From positions 1 to 64,000 of IMG/VR virus record IMGVR_UViG_3300017774_004344: DNA of 64,000 nt, one strand, 5' to 3'. The DNA comes from a virus. Of this stretch, positions 11,449 to 19,546 are shown piece by piece; positions within the stretch are counted from its first letter, which is position 1; each line of letters starts with the position of its first letter. The notes under the pieces are model-generated. The model was given only the letters and a program-made list of their open reading frames with translations, had not been told where the DNA came from and did not search any database. Both the position numbers and the translations under genes were made by a program.

Positions 11449-12039
11449 CTACGACAACCTTATCCGGTTGGATGTGTCAATACCTCTTTTCATTTGGTAC
11501 CGAGAAAGGGAAGCTGCATTTGTTACAAACCCTGTAATGGTACACTGCCAACGCTGAGCCGTTGCTTTCCTTCCGCTCGCGCTCCTGACTTCTGGAGGAG
11601 TTCTAGAGCCCCCTTTCTTGCCGGCTTCTGACTTTACGTCCCTGGGCTGGTTCTTGCCACCTCTAGATTTAGCTTCTTTGGGGCAATTCTTGCCACCTCT
11701 GGATTTAGCTTCTTTAGGGACTCGAGTTCCCCCTATTTTCCCAGCTCTACTTTTATGCTCTTTGTACCACTTTTCATATAGGCCTAACCATTCGGGGTAA
11801 TACAAAGATAATAGATTACGATCCCAGTGTACCCGATAACCGTGGATACACGGTCTCTGTAGCTCTTCGCTCTGAACTACTCCGTGAACAGAGTGATCTC
11901 TAGACCACAGTCTGATTACCCTTGTACCACCATCGCATTTGGGAATAGGGTAGTGGGCTTCTTCCCAGTGTTCTTCCTCAGGTAACTGTTCCAATCTGTA
12001 TTTTACCAGACAGCTTTCAATCCATTCTTCTTGTGTCAT
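11449..12039 (-). CDS. free-standing HNH-like homing endonuclease
   Basis: EEAHYPIPKCDGG...DHSVHG followed by basic tandem repeats (PKEAKSRGGKN x2, KSEAGKKGG); directly downstream of psbA. Confidence 0.65.
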   Translation of the reverse strand: MTQEEWIESCLVKYRLEQLPEEEHWEEAHYPIPKCDGGTRVIRLWSRDHSVHGVVQSEELQRPCIHGYRVHWDRNLLSLYYPEWLGLYEKWYKEHKSRAGKIGGTRVPKEAKSRGGKNCPKEAKSRGGKNQPRDVKSEAGKKGGSRTPPEVRSASGRKATAQRWQCTITGFVTNAASLSRYQMKRGIDTSNRIRLS

Positions 12040-12046
12040 TACTCGC

Positions 12047-12092
12047 AGAAAACCTCCATGGTAGATTATACCACGGAGGCTAGAGTAGTAAA
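12047..12092 (-). terminator. hairpin after psbA overlapping a sigma70-like promoter and the RBS of the endonuclease
   Basis: Minus strand CCTCCGTGGTATAATCTACCATGGAGG-TTTT; TTTACT-N16-TATAAT with a TGn extension. Confidence 0.6.
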
Positions 12093-12106
12093 GTTTCTCT
12101 AGAAGC

Positions 12107-13186
12107 TCAACCGATAGTTGGTGTGGTTAAAGAAACTGGTGTTGCAGTGGCAGTGGCCAGATCAAGGGGAAAATTGTGGGCATTTCTTTCGTGCATAACT
12201 TCTAAGCCCAAATTCGCTCTATTCAATACATCGGCCCAAGTATTAATCACTTGCCCTTTATTATCCTGAATAGATTGATTGAAGTTGAAACCGTTCAAGT
12301 TAAATCCGGCAACGAAAATTCCACAAGCGGCAAACCAGATTCCAATAACAGGTAAAGCTGCCATAACGAAATGCAATGAGCGACTATTGTTAAAGGAAGC
12401 ATATTGGAACAAAAGACGCCCCAAATACCCATGGGCTGACACTAAATTGTAGGTTTCTTGATTTTGCCCGAATTTGTAACCATAGTTCTGGCTTTCATTT
12501 TCAGTCGTCTCCCTCACAAGAGAGGAAGTAACAAGGGAACCATGAGTTGCGCTAACTAATGCACCACCGAAAACACCAGCTACCCCTAGCATATGGAATG
12601 GCGACATTAAGATATTGTGTTCAGCTTGGAAGACCAACATGAAATTAAATTGACCTGAGATTCCTAAGGGAAAACCGTCCGAAAACGAACCTTGGCTCAT
12701 AGGGTAGGCCAGGAAAATAGCCGTAGCAGCAGCTACTGGTGCTGAATAAGCTACACAAATCCATGGACGTTGCCCTAAACGGTACGATAGTTCCCATTCA
12801 CGACCCATGTAGCAGTAAATACCAATCAAAAAGTGAAACACAATCAGTTGATATTCACCACCATTGTAAAGCCATTCTTCAAGAGTTTGAGCTTCCCAGA
12901 TTGGATAAAAGTGCAGTCCAATCGCATTTGAACTTGGGATAACGGATGCGGAAATTATGTTATTTCCGTACATTAAAGAACCAGACACCGCCTCCCTAAT
13001 ACCGTCAATGTCTGTCGGAGGCGCTGCGATAAACGCCACAATAAAGCAGATGGTTGCGGCCAAGAGGCATGGAATCATCAAAGTTCCAAACCACCCAACA
13101 TACAACCGGTTGTTAGTGGAAGTTACCCACTGACAGAACGACTCCCAAGTATTAGCCTTGGGTCGCTGTAAAACAGATGTTGCCAT
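12107..13186 (-). CDS. psbA: photosystem II D1 protein (divergent)
   Basis: [31 protein letters not shown]; D170, E189, H332, E333, D342, A344, Y161 and H190 are all retained. Confidence 0.99.
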   Translation of the reverse strand: MATSVLQRPKANTWESFCQWVTSTNNRLYVGWFGTLMIPCLLAATICFIVAFIAAPPTDIDGIREAVSGSLMYGNNIISASVIPSSNAIGLHFYPIWEAQTLEEWLYNGGEYQLIVFHFLIGIYCYMGREWELSYRLGQRPWICVAYSAPVAAATAIFLAYPMSQGSFSDGFPLGISGQFNFMLVFQAEHNILMSPFHMLGVAGVFGGALVSATHGSLVTSSLVRETTENESQNYGYKFGQNQETYNLVSAHGYLGRLLFQYASFNNSRSLHFVMAALPVIGIWFAACGIFVAGFNLNGFNFNQSIQDNKGQVINTWADVLNRANLGLEVMHERNAHNFPLDLATATATPVSLTTPTIG

Positions 13187-13189
13187 TGA

Positions 13190-13310
13190 AAAAAGAATTA
13201 AGTAAGTGGCTTGAGGGTGAAGCCTGTTTACATAATCCTCACTACCCTAAGGTGAGGCAGGATAAGGGACGGATTGGCTTGCCTAGTCCCGGTAGCGGCA
13301 AGGCGGGGTG
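13190..13310 (-). ncRNA. structured psbA 5' leader (PhotoRC-II-like cis-regulatory RNA)
   Basis: Stem CTTGCC/GGCAAG whose loop GGGAC can pair with downstream GTCCC (pseudoknot), then a CCTCAC/GTGAGG stem; location matches cyanophage psbA leader motifs. Confidence 0.5.
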
Positions 13311-13332
13311 TAGAACCACCCGCTACAAAGGT

Positions 13333-13359
13333 ATCATAGCATACGTAAAGTTTGGTAAA
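13333..13359 (-). promoter_or_regulatory. host-type promoter of psbA
   Basis: TTTACC-N15-TATGAT with a TGn extension. Confidence 0.45.
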
Positions 13360-13490
13360 CGTTGATTTGGAAACTTTTGGACGGTTTACCGAACCCTTTC
13401 GCTGACGCGAAAGACTTTACCGCCAGGGTAGTTGGATTCCTAATAACCGCCGTCTATTGGGAAAACAACTACTTTCCGGAAAGCGTAGGT

Positions 13491-14172
13491 TCAAGGGTTT
13501 GTATGAATGAAAACTGTACCTTCAGGGCTTTTCACCACTTTCTCTACCCTAAGGGGTGTGTTCCTTGGTGAAATATGCTCTTGCTGATCCTGAAACTCCT
13601 CCGGAGCATACCTGCTGGCGTTCCTAAACTCTTTACTACGCGAAATTATAATGACAGGAACACTTCCTGCTTGGTTTGCAAACATATCAGCTTGTTCTCT
13701 ATCAGCACTAAAAGAACCGAACCCCTCATCGTTAAAAATTTTCGTCTGTTGAACCTTTCTCAGTAAACCAGCAGCCGTCTCCGGGTCTAGGTCCATGCCC
13801 CTGTACATTGTCACTCCTTTGGTATTTCGTGGCAACTTACTCAATGCCTCGTCCATTAGCTTAACTTGGCCCTTCTCTTCATCCGTGAGAGGACCCTTCG
13901 TCAGTCCACGAAGCTTCCAGTTTGTATTCAGCATACTTGCAGTTTCCATACTTCCCCCGGTCATATAGTTCACTAGGGTCTTTTCCTCTCCCTGAGAGAG
14001 GGGTTTAGGTTTCTGGTGGGGTGTTTTTCCTGCCGGAAGCTGCTCTTGCAGGGTAGCTAAGGCTTCACGGTCTCTTCGCGCCTTGTCCCTCCAGCGTTTA
14101 GCATAAGCGTGGTCTCCTGTTCGAGTTTGATACGCTTCTGCCCCTCCGCTTCTTTTATACTCTTTTTCAGCT
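13491..14172 (-). CDS. ADP-ribosyltransferase (VIP2/Alt-like, R-S-E class) domain; frame is open well upstream of the called start at 13973
   Basis: YRG...GFGSFS...QDQQE motifs; the upstream in-frame sequence reads ...REALATLQEQLPAGK...PLSQGEEKTLVNY. Confidence 0.8.
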
Positions 14173-14377
14173 TAGTAATTTTCTTACGTACCTCCTTAAG
14201 GTCTAACTCCTCCTCCGTGCCTTTTCTACATTCTCCCCCTGTTCCATATGCAGTTCCATTAGGGCGAACGCAACGGGTGAAGTCGTAAGTTTCTCTTTCA
14301 GCGAAATTCACCCCCTGTAGTTCACTCAGGAGTTGAGAATAAGTGGCAAGTGCCTCTTCAGAAATGTATCCTTTCAT
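14057..14377 (-). CDS. leader-family protein (RCVRPNG motif); likely N-terminal part of the ART gene
   Basis: MKGYISEEALATYSQLL...NFAERETYDFTRCVRPNGTAYGTGGECRKG. Confidence 0.65.
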   Translation of the reverse strand: MKGYISEEALATYSQLLSELQGVNFAERETYDFTRCVRPNGTAYGTGGECRKGTEEELDLKEVRKKITKLKKSIKEAEGQKRIKLEQETTLMLNAGGTRREETVKP

Positions 14378-14614
14378 TTTTCGACTATGAGTCGTTGCTT
14401 CTTCAGCCCTCTGCTTCACTAGCGCCGCTCTAATAGTCTCTTTGTCCGGCACCCTAGCTTTTTTCAAGGCGGCAGCGAATTGTTCCTTGGCAGCCTTCGA
14501 CCGTATCCCGCCACCGTGCTCCGCTGCTACACTGTTGCGAATGTTAGCATGCTCCATCATCATGTTCGCCAAGTGTTGCCCTTTCAACGGTTTAGGGGTT
14601 GCCGCCTCCCCCTG

Positions 14615-15838
14615 TTACTTTCCCGCTGCTCTTTCTTCTACACGCTGTTTCGGAGTCATCGTTTGAGCTTTCAAACCTGCAATAGCTGCCGCCTGCTCTT
14701 TCAGCTTCTTGCTCAGAGGGTCATTACGACCTACTTTTCCACCACCTTTGACAATTTCGTCAATCTCGTTAGAAGTTTCCAGCAGGTCGGACTTTAACTT
14801 ACCGAGTTTACCCTCCGCCTCTCTTCGGTCAATTTCCTTCCTCAAGTTATCCTTTCGAGAAGTTGTCTTTGCTCTGTTCCATTCCGTCTCAAGGTCTTCC
14901 TGAGAAAGGGCCTTTAAACGGTCCGAAGACAACTTAAGAGGGCGGCCCATTTCATCGCGAATAGCGTTCGGAGTTTCTGGGCGGTCGGCAATAATTCCCT
15001 TAACTTCAGCCTGACTGCGCAGAATGCCGGGGACTGGATCTTTAATGGGCTTCGATGGTACTGGTGCCGTAGCGATTTCTCCCGAACTGCCTCCTCGGCC
15101 CCCTACCTTCTCTTTTAAATCGGGATATTCTGCCAGAACGTTAGGGGGGACGGTTTTTCCCAAGGTAATGGCAGCCTGAACACGTAGCTTATGCATATCG
15201 CCTGTAGCTGCTGATATAAACTCAGGGGTACCGGGATTCAATCCTGCTTGTTCAGCTAATTTTATTCTTTCTGAAACTGTGCCATCACCTCCAGACGGAG
15301 GAAGCCCTTTATTTCCTTTCTTATTCCACTCTTCAATTGCTTTCCGTCTTTCTTCAGCCCTGTAACTATTATACTGTTCTTTTGACATCTCGTGTGGTTG
15401 TACATTCGCAGAAGCTAGTGTCTTAGAAGTTTCTCCCGAACTTTTACTACTCTCCTTGGTTTCTTTACCAAAGACACCCCCTGAACTTGTTACAATCTTT
15501 TCCCCCTTCGGAAGCATCTGTTGCAACTGAGAGAGGGCATCGTGCTCTTCCTTCTCTGCAGGGGTGCCCTTGCGGCAGGTTCCTCCGGTGCCGTAGGCAG
15601 TGCCATTGGGGCGAACGCAGCGGGTGTAATCGTAATTTTCAATATACTCCCCTCGAACCTCACCAAAGTCAGCAACGTTGCCAGACCAAACATCGCCCTG
15701 AGTGGCGCCAGGATTGATTCCAAGTTCAGAGAAAGTCTGCAGTCCGGCCGAATCCGGAAGGGCAGAAGTTTCGTAACCTGCTTCTCGCATCAATTCGAGA
15801 AACTTTTCGGCTGAGTCAGGGGTGAAAGAACCGTGCAT
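14615..15838 (-). CDS. leader-family protein with unknown C-terminal region
   Basis: MHGSFTPDSAEKFLELM...DFGE...YDYTRCVRPNGTAYGTGGTCRKG. Confidence 0.8.
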   Translation of the reverse strand: MHGSFTPDSAEKFLELMREAGYETSALPDSAGLQTFSELGINPGATQGDVWSGNVADFGEVRGEYIENYDYTRCVRPNGTAYGTGGTCRKGTPAEKEEHDALSQLQQMLPKGEKIVTSSGGVFGKETKESSKSSGETSKTLASANVQPHEMSKEQYNSYRAEERRKAIEEWNKKGNKGLPPSGGDGTVSERIKLAEQAGLNPGTPEFISAATGDMHKLRVQAAITLGKTVPPNVLAEYPDLKEKVGGRGGSSGEIATAPVPSKPIKDPVPGILRSQAEVKGIIADRPETPNAIRDEMGRPLKLSSDRLKALSQEDLETEWNRAKTTSRKDNLRKEIDRREAEGKLGKLKSDLLETSNEIDEIVKGGGKVGRNDPLSKKLKEQAAAIAGLKAQTMTPKQRVEERAAGK

Positions 15839-15948
15839 AACATTTACCTTGCATACAGTATCTTACCCTTTCTACCTTGCAGAAACAAGCCAGGGAACCG
15901 AACCAGGCGATTCGATTTACCGCCCTTTGCGCAGCAAAGACCGCCCTT

Positions 15949-16440
15949 TCACAAATCCGCTATCTTGCTCTGCTCTTTCCTCAATCGCTTCACAAGCACT
16001 CTCAAAGTGTCCAGGCCGTTCTTCGCTTCCACCGAACTTTGTAGTTTCCGTTGTAAACTCAAGATCTCATCCATTGTATCTTTGAACCACTGGTCCCTCT
16101 GCTTCGGTGTAAGCCCAGCAAAGGGTAAGTTGACACGACTCATATCGTACTCGTTCGCTTTTGAAGGCAAGGAACTTCGCAACTTAACCATTTGCTCCTC
16201 GTTTGCCTTTAACTCCGTTACCAACCGCTGAAGGTTCGAGAGATTAACACCGCTCTTTATAAACTTTTCAATCTCCGCTTCCAGGCCCCAAACTCTTTTC
16301 AAAGAGTCCCAAAAAGTTGGCGAACTTACGCTGTGAGCGAAGTTATATACTATACCTTCCTCTGCGAAGTTGGCTTCGTTCTCTTGAGAAACAAGTTTGT
16401 TGAAGGCATTTAGAGAGTCTTGAGAGAAAGATCCGATCAT
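15949..16440 (-). CDS. leader-family coiled-coil protein (lacks the Cys motif)
   Basis: MIGSFSQDSLNAFNKLVSQENEANFAEEGIVYNF. Confidence 0.7.
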   Translation of the reverse strand: MIGSFSQDSLNAFNKLVSQENEANFAEEGIVYNFAHSVSSPTFWDSLKRVWGLEAEIEKFIKSGVNLSNLQRLVTELKANEEQMVKLRSSLPSKANEYDMSRVNLPFAGLTPKQRDQWFKDTMDEILSLQRKLQSSVEAKNGLDTLRVLVKRLRKEQSKIADL

Positions 16441-16464
16441 TGGTCTTAGGGTTTCTAGTAAGGT

Positions 16465-16680
16465 TTACCCTCTTTTTTCTTCCTCCCGTATACACTCTTT
16501 CAACCCAGAGACATACTCTCTTAGCATTTGCGCTTGTCTCAAGTGTCTCGCATCACATGTCCTAAGGTGCAGAGACACGTGCCTATCTATTGCATCTAGG
16601 CAAGTTTTTATCACGGGGTTCCAAGGTTCCCTAATTTCCGTATTGTAGGATCGTCTCGAAGTTTCTTCAAAAGTGCTCAT
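16465..16680 (-). CDS. cyanophage-type hypothetical protein
   Basis: REPWNPVIK..LDAIDRH...A..LREYV..LK. Confidence 0.6.
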   Translation of the reverse strand: MSTFEETSRRSYNTEIREPWNPVIKTCLDAIDRHVSLHLRTCDARHLRQAQMLREYVSGLKECIREEEKRG

Positions 16681-16762
16681 TGTTTTCTCCCGTCTCTGGA
16701 AGCTTGGCCAACGCTTTCAGGCCAGAGGCCATATGGTCTATTTTGCTATTTCGATCACAAAC

Positions 16763-16921
16763 TCAGTAAGCCATAAGGGAGTAAACTTCCTCGGTGCTTA
16801 ACCCGCCGCTTTCCTCCACAGCTCTCAGAATCCGGTCTGCTTTCCCCTCTGCTTCGGGGGTGCCTTGGCGAATGAGTTTCTTTCTCTCAATCATTGCCCT
16901 TAGGTTCTTGCTTTGGTTCAT
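16763..16921 (-). CDS. 52-aa protein coupled to the upstream kinase
   Basis: ATGA overlap with the kinase stop; MNQSKNLRAMIERKKLIRQGTPEAEGKADRILRAVEESGGLSTEEVYSLMAY*. Confidence 0.6.
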   Translation of the reverse strand: MNQSKNLRAMIERKKLIRQGTPEAEGKADRILRAVEESGGLSTEEVYSLMAY

Positions 16922-17703
16922 TGCTCTAATCTCGATAAATCTTTTAGGTAGGCTTCTGCAATTTCAATCCTCTTGGCTTTCGCTGCTTTGCTGGTTGAAC
17001 GACCTAGAGTAGTGTAAGCATTTAGGTGCCTATTTACAACTTGAAAGTAAGGGTCGGAGGCCAACTCGGGATTGCCCCATCCAACCAACTTTGCAATTTT
17101 GGAAAGATCCTGCATTACGCGGGAAGGCTGCTTAGAAACTGGAACGCTTAAGCCAAAGTCTACCAACTTCACGTTATTACCATCAACAAGAAATTGCTGT
17201 GAGTGTGCATCCCCGTGGGCAAACCCCATATTATGCAAGTCTCGAAGGGCATACCCGGCTTTCTTGGCTTGGGCTGCGTTCATCATAGGCTCGTTTTCAC
17301 CCCTAGTGTAAGTTTCCCAGAGAGGAGAACCCTTGGCAACATCCATTTCAATGTGAGTATCGCTACTTGAACGAATACTTGGAGAGTGACCCAACTTCCC
17401 CATTTTCGTGGCCAATTCAACTTCATAAGGACCAAACTCACCCCACCTTCCGCCTTCGCCCTTGAACAAAGTTTTCACAACCCTCTCTCCATCGGGACTC
17501 ATTGAAACTTTTCCGTTGTTGCCTTGGGCTAGAACCTTCCATTCAGAGTAAGGGACTTTTATCTCTAGAGATTCTCTCAAGTTTTCTAGACCCTTGCCCG
17601 CATAAGGAGGCAATATAGCCGAGCAGCGTTTGTACTTTGAAATACAAGCCTTCGCGCAACTTTTACCCTTTGAACACTTTTTCGGTTCAACTGGTTTATT
17701 CAT
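16918..17703 (-). CDS. protein kinase (RIO/Bud32-like fold) with N-terminal Cys4 motif
   Basis: AQGNNGKV, VVK, HGDAHSQQ, VDFGLS; N-terminus CSKGKSCAKACISKYKRC. Confidence 0.8.
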   Translation of the reverse strand: MNKPVEPKKCSKGKSCAKACISKYKRCSAILPPYAGKGLENLRESLEIKVPYSEWKVLAQGNNGKVSMSPDGERVVKTLFKGEGGRWGEFGPYEVELATKMGKLGHSPSIRSSSDTHIEMDVAKGSPLWETYTRGENEPMMNAAQAKKAGYALRDLHNMGFAHGDAHSQQFLVDGNNVKLVDFGLSVPVSKQPSRVMQDLSKIAKLVGWGNPELASDPYFQVVNRHLNAYTTLGRSTSKAAKAKRIEIAEAYLKDLSRLEQ

Positions 17704-17787
17704 TTTGTTTCCTCAGGTTGGAAAAGATTGCACCACCCTCCGTAAAAACGAACCTTTCACCGCTGTACACTTTGTTCATGTGTTTGC

Positions 17788-18507
17788 TCAAGAGAAGGTC
17801 CACCCCCAGCAATGTCCGTCACTGGGAACGAAGATACGTGGGTTGAAGTTCGTGTAGCTGTATAGCAAGTTCTTACCTGCACCCATAGCTCGCCTGCTCC
17901 AGCCTCCATTTTTCAGATCCAACTCGCCGTAAGGGTCGTTCACAAACCAACCCTTTTCGTTGTAGCCTCTGATAACTACGAAATGCCCCCCTCCAGAAGG
18001 CTTAGAAACGGGACCATGGTGCAATGCCCCTACTGCTACTGGTTTCTGCTTATTGAGCTCAGCTTTTATTTGTGCTATGCTCAAATTCTTAGAGAAGCTC
18101 GCCCCAGTATACCCAAGCTGCTTCATAGCATCGTAATGGGGTTGTCTCTCAGTGGTATCCCCGTACCTTTTAACAATGTTCACGTAAGTTGTATCGTCTT
18201 TGATTCCCCCGATACCAAGGAAAGCAAGACACATTGCGATAGAGGAGCTTTGGCACTCTCTCCAACCCTCGGGCCCATTATCCTTTTGATCGAAGAAAGG
18301 AACATTCAAATTCAATTGACTGAGAACTACTTGGGCCTTGGTGCGATACACTCGAACCCAGTTCGCCTCGTCCGAAAAAAGACTCGCATCTGAAGCCTGT
18401 ATCTTTTGCGCAAACTCCAGCATGCTCTCTCTGTGCTTAGAGTTGGCTTTATCGTAGTTTTCTACAAAGTCTAAAAACTTTTCTGGGGTGAACTGTGCCA
18501 TTTTCAC
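17788..18507 (-). CDS. peptidase C39-like protein (probable endolysin)
   Basis: VPFFDQKDN...RECQSSSIAM...GGGHFVVIRGY...VNDPYG (Cys-His-Asp). Confidence 0.75.
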   Translation of the reverse strand: MKMAQFTPEKFLDFVENYDKANSKHRESMLEFAQKIQASDASLFSDEANWVRVYRTKAQVVLSQLNLNVPFFDQKDNGPEGWRECQSSSIAMCLAFLGIGGIKDDTTYVNIVKRYGDTTERQPHYDAMKQLGYTGASFSKNLSIAQIKAELNKQKPVAVGALHHGPVSKPSGGGHFVVIRGYNEKGWFVNDPYGELDLKNGGWSRRAMGAGKNLLYSYTNFNPRIFVPSDGHCWGWTFS

Positions 18508-18536
18508 TTATCGGTCTGTCTGTCTGATTTTACCCT

Positions 18537-18881
18537 TCAATCTGGAAAGTCAGAGTCTAACATATCCCTTGCTGTCTTGAGTAGATTATCTGTGGTTTTA
18601 TCAGAAGATTTACCAACTTTTGCGCCCAAGCGATAGAACTTGTCGGCTTCATCATAGTACCCTGCATTCTCAAGTCGAATGCCTATTGAATTTAAAGTCG
18701 AAGAAGCTTCTGCTTTCGCAGCCTTACTATCTACTCGAGAGTTGTCAAAGTCCATGATTACAGGTCGGTTCTTACTTTCGTCCCACTTTAAGTTTCCGCC
18801 ATGTAAATCCTCGTGACTCACTCCGCGTTGATTCAGCAATAGAGAGGCTTTGTAAGCTTGTTGTGAGAAAGATCCGTACAT
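18537..18881 (-). CDS. leader-family protein fused to a kinase C-lobe only (deletion derivative or pseudokinase)
   Basis: MYGSFSQQAY runs directly into GVSHEDLHGGN...IMDFD; no Gly-loop or Lys N-lobe. Confidence 0.65.
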   Translation of the reverse strand: MYGSFSQQAYKASLLLNQRGVSHEDLHGGNLKWDESKNRPVIMDFDNSRVDSKAAKAEASSTLNSIGIRLENAGYYDEADKFYRLGAKVGKSSDKTTDNLLKTARDMLDSDFPD

Positions 18882-19546
18882 TACTTAACTTCTTCAGAAA
18901 ACTCGTTTCTCTCTACTTTACGAGCAACTTTAGCCAAACGTTGTAAGTAAGGGTTGTCTCCAAACTCTTTCCTCAAGCCTTCGGTATCCCCAGAGTCTAT
19001 CATTCTACGAATGGCGCTGCTACTTGATCCTGACGAATCTCGAGGTATAGTATCAGTTTTCACTCCCAAAGACTTTCCGATGGTTTCAAGAAACTTCTGC
19101 TGGTCCTCACCTAGCATGAACAAAACTTTTTCCTTGCCTGACTTTTCAGCGAGACTTTTCAGCACCGAAGCCGCAGAGCTACCTTGGACTAGCTTCACCC
19201 TGTTAAGGTCCACGCCTTCCTTTCTTAACACGGCCCTCAACATCTGTGCTCGGAAATCTTTATCAACATTCTTTTCACCCTTACCCAACACAACGTGAAC
19301 CACTGGGGCTTTCTCAAGCATTCCTTTAATTAGTTTAGCATGTCCGCTATGAGGAATGTTGAATCTGCCTTGTGTTACTGCGGCTTCGTAAGGGTAATCC
19401 TTTTGTTTCTCAGTTCCTTTGCGACATTTGCCGCCGGTTCCATAAGCTGTTCCGTTGGGGCGAACGCAACGAGTGTAATCCAGAGTTCCCGACAACATTT
19501 CTCTAATGGTGTCTAAAGAACTATTGGTGAAATTTCCGGTACTCAT
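18881..19546 (-). CDS. leader-family protein with HxGH nucleotidyltransferase (cytidylyltransferase/NMNAT-like) domain
   Basis: DYTRCVRPNGTAYGTGGKCRKG, then GRFNIPHSGH...GED...SSSAIR. Confidence 0.8.
   Translation of the reverse strand: MSTGNFTNSSLDTIREMLSGTLDYTRCVRPNGTAYGTGGKCRKGTEKQKDYPYEAAVTQGRFNIPHSGHAKLIKGMLEKAPVVHVVLGKGEKNVDKDFRAQMLRAVLRKEGVDLNRVKLVQGSSAASVLKSLAEKSGKEKVLFMLGEDQQKFLETIGKSLGVKTDTIPRDSSGSSSSAIRRMIDSGDTEGLRKEFGDNPYLQRLAKVARKVERNEFSEEVK

Noticed and set aside
12107-13186. psbA as chlorophyll f synthase or rogue D1, or intron-containing
   Set aside because: Mn ligands and M127-G128 are retained, and the ORF is continuous and full length.
14615-14617. Genome-wide stop-codon reassignment
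   Set aside because: TAA, TAG and TGA all terminate recognisable full-length genes elsewhere in the window.
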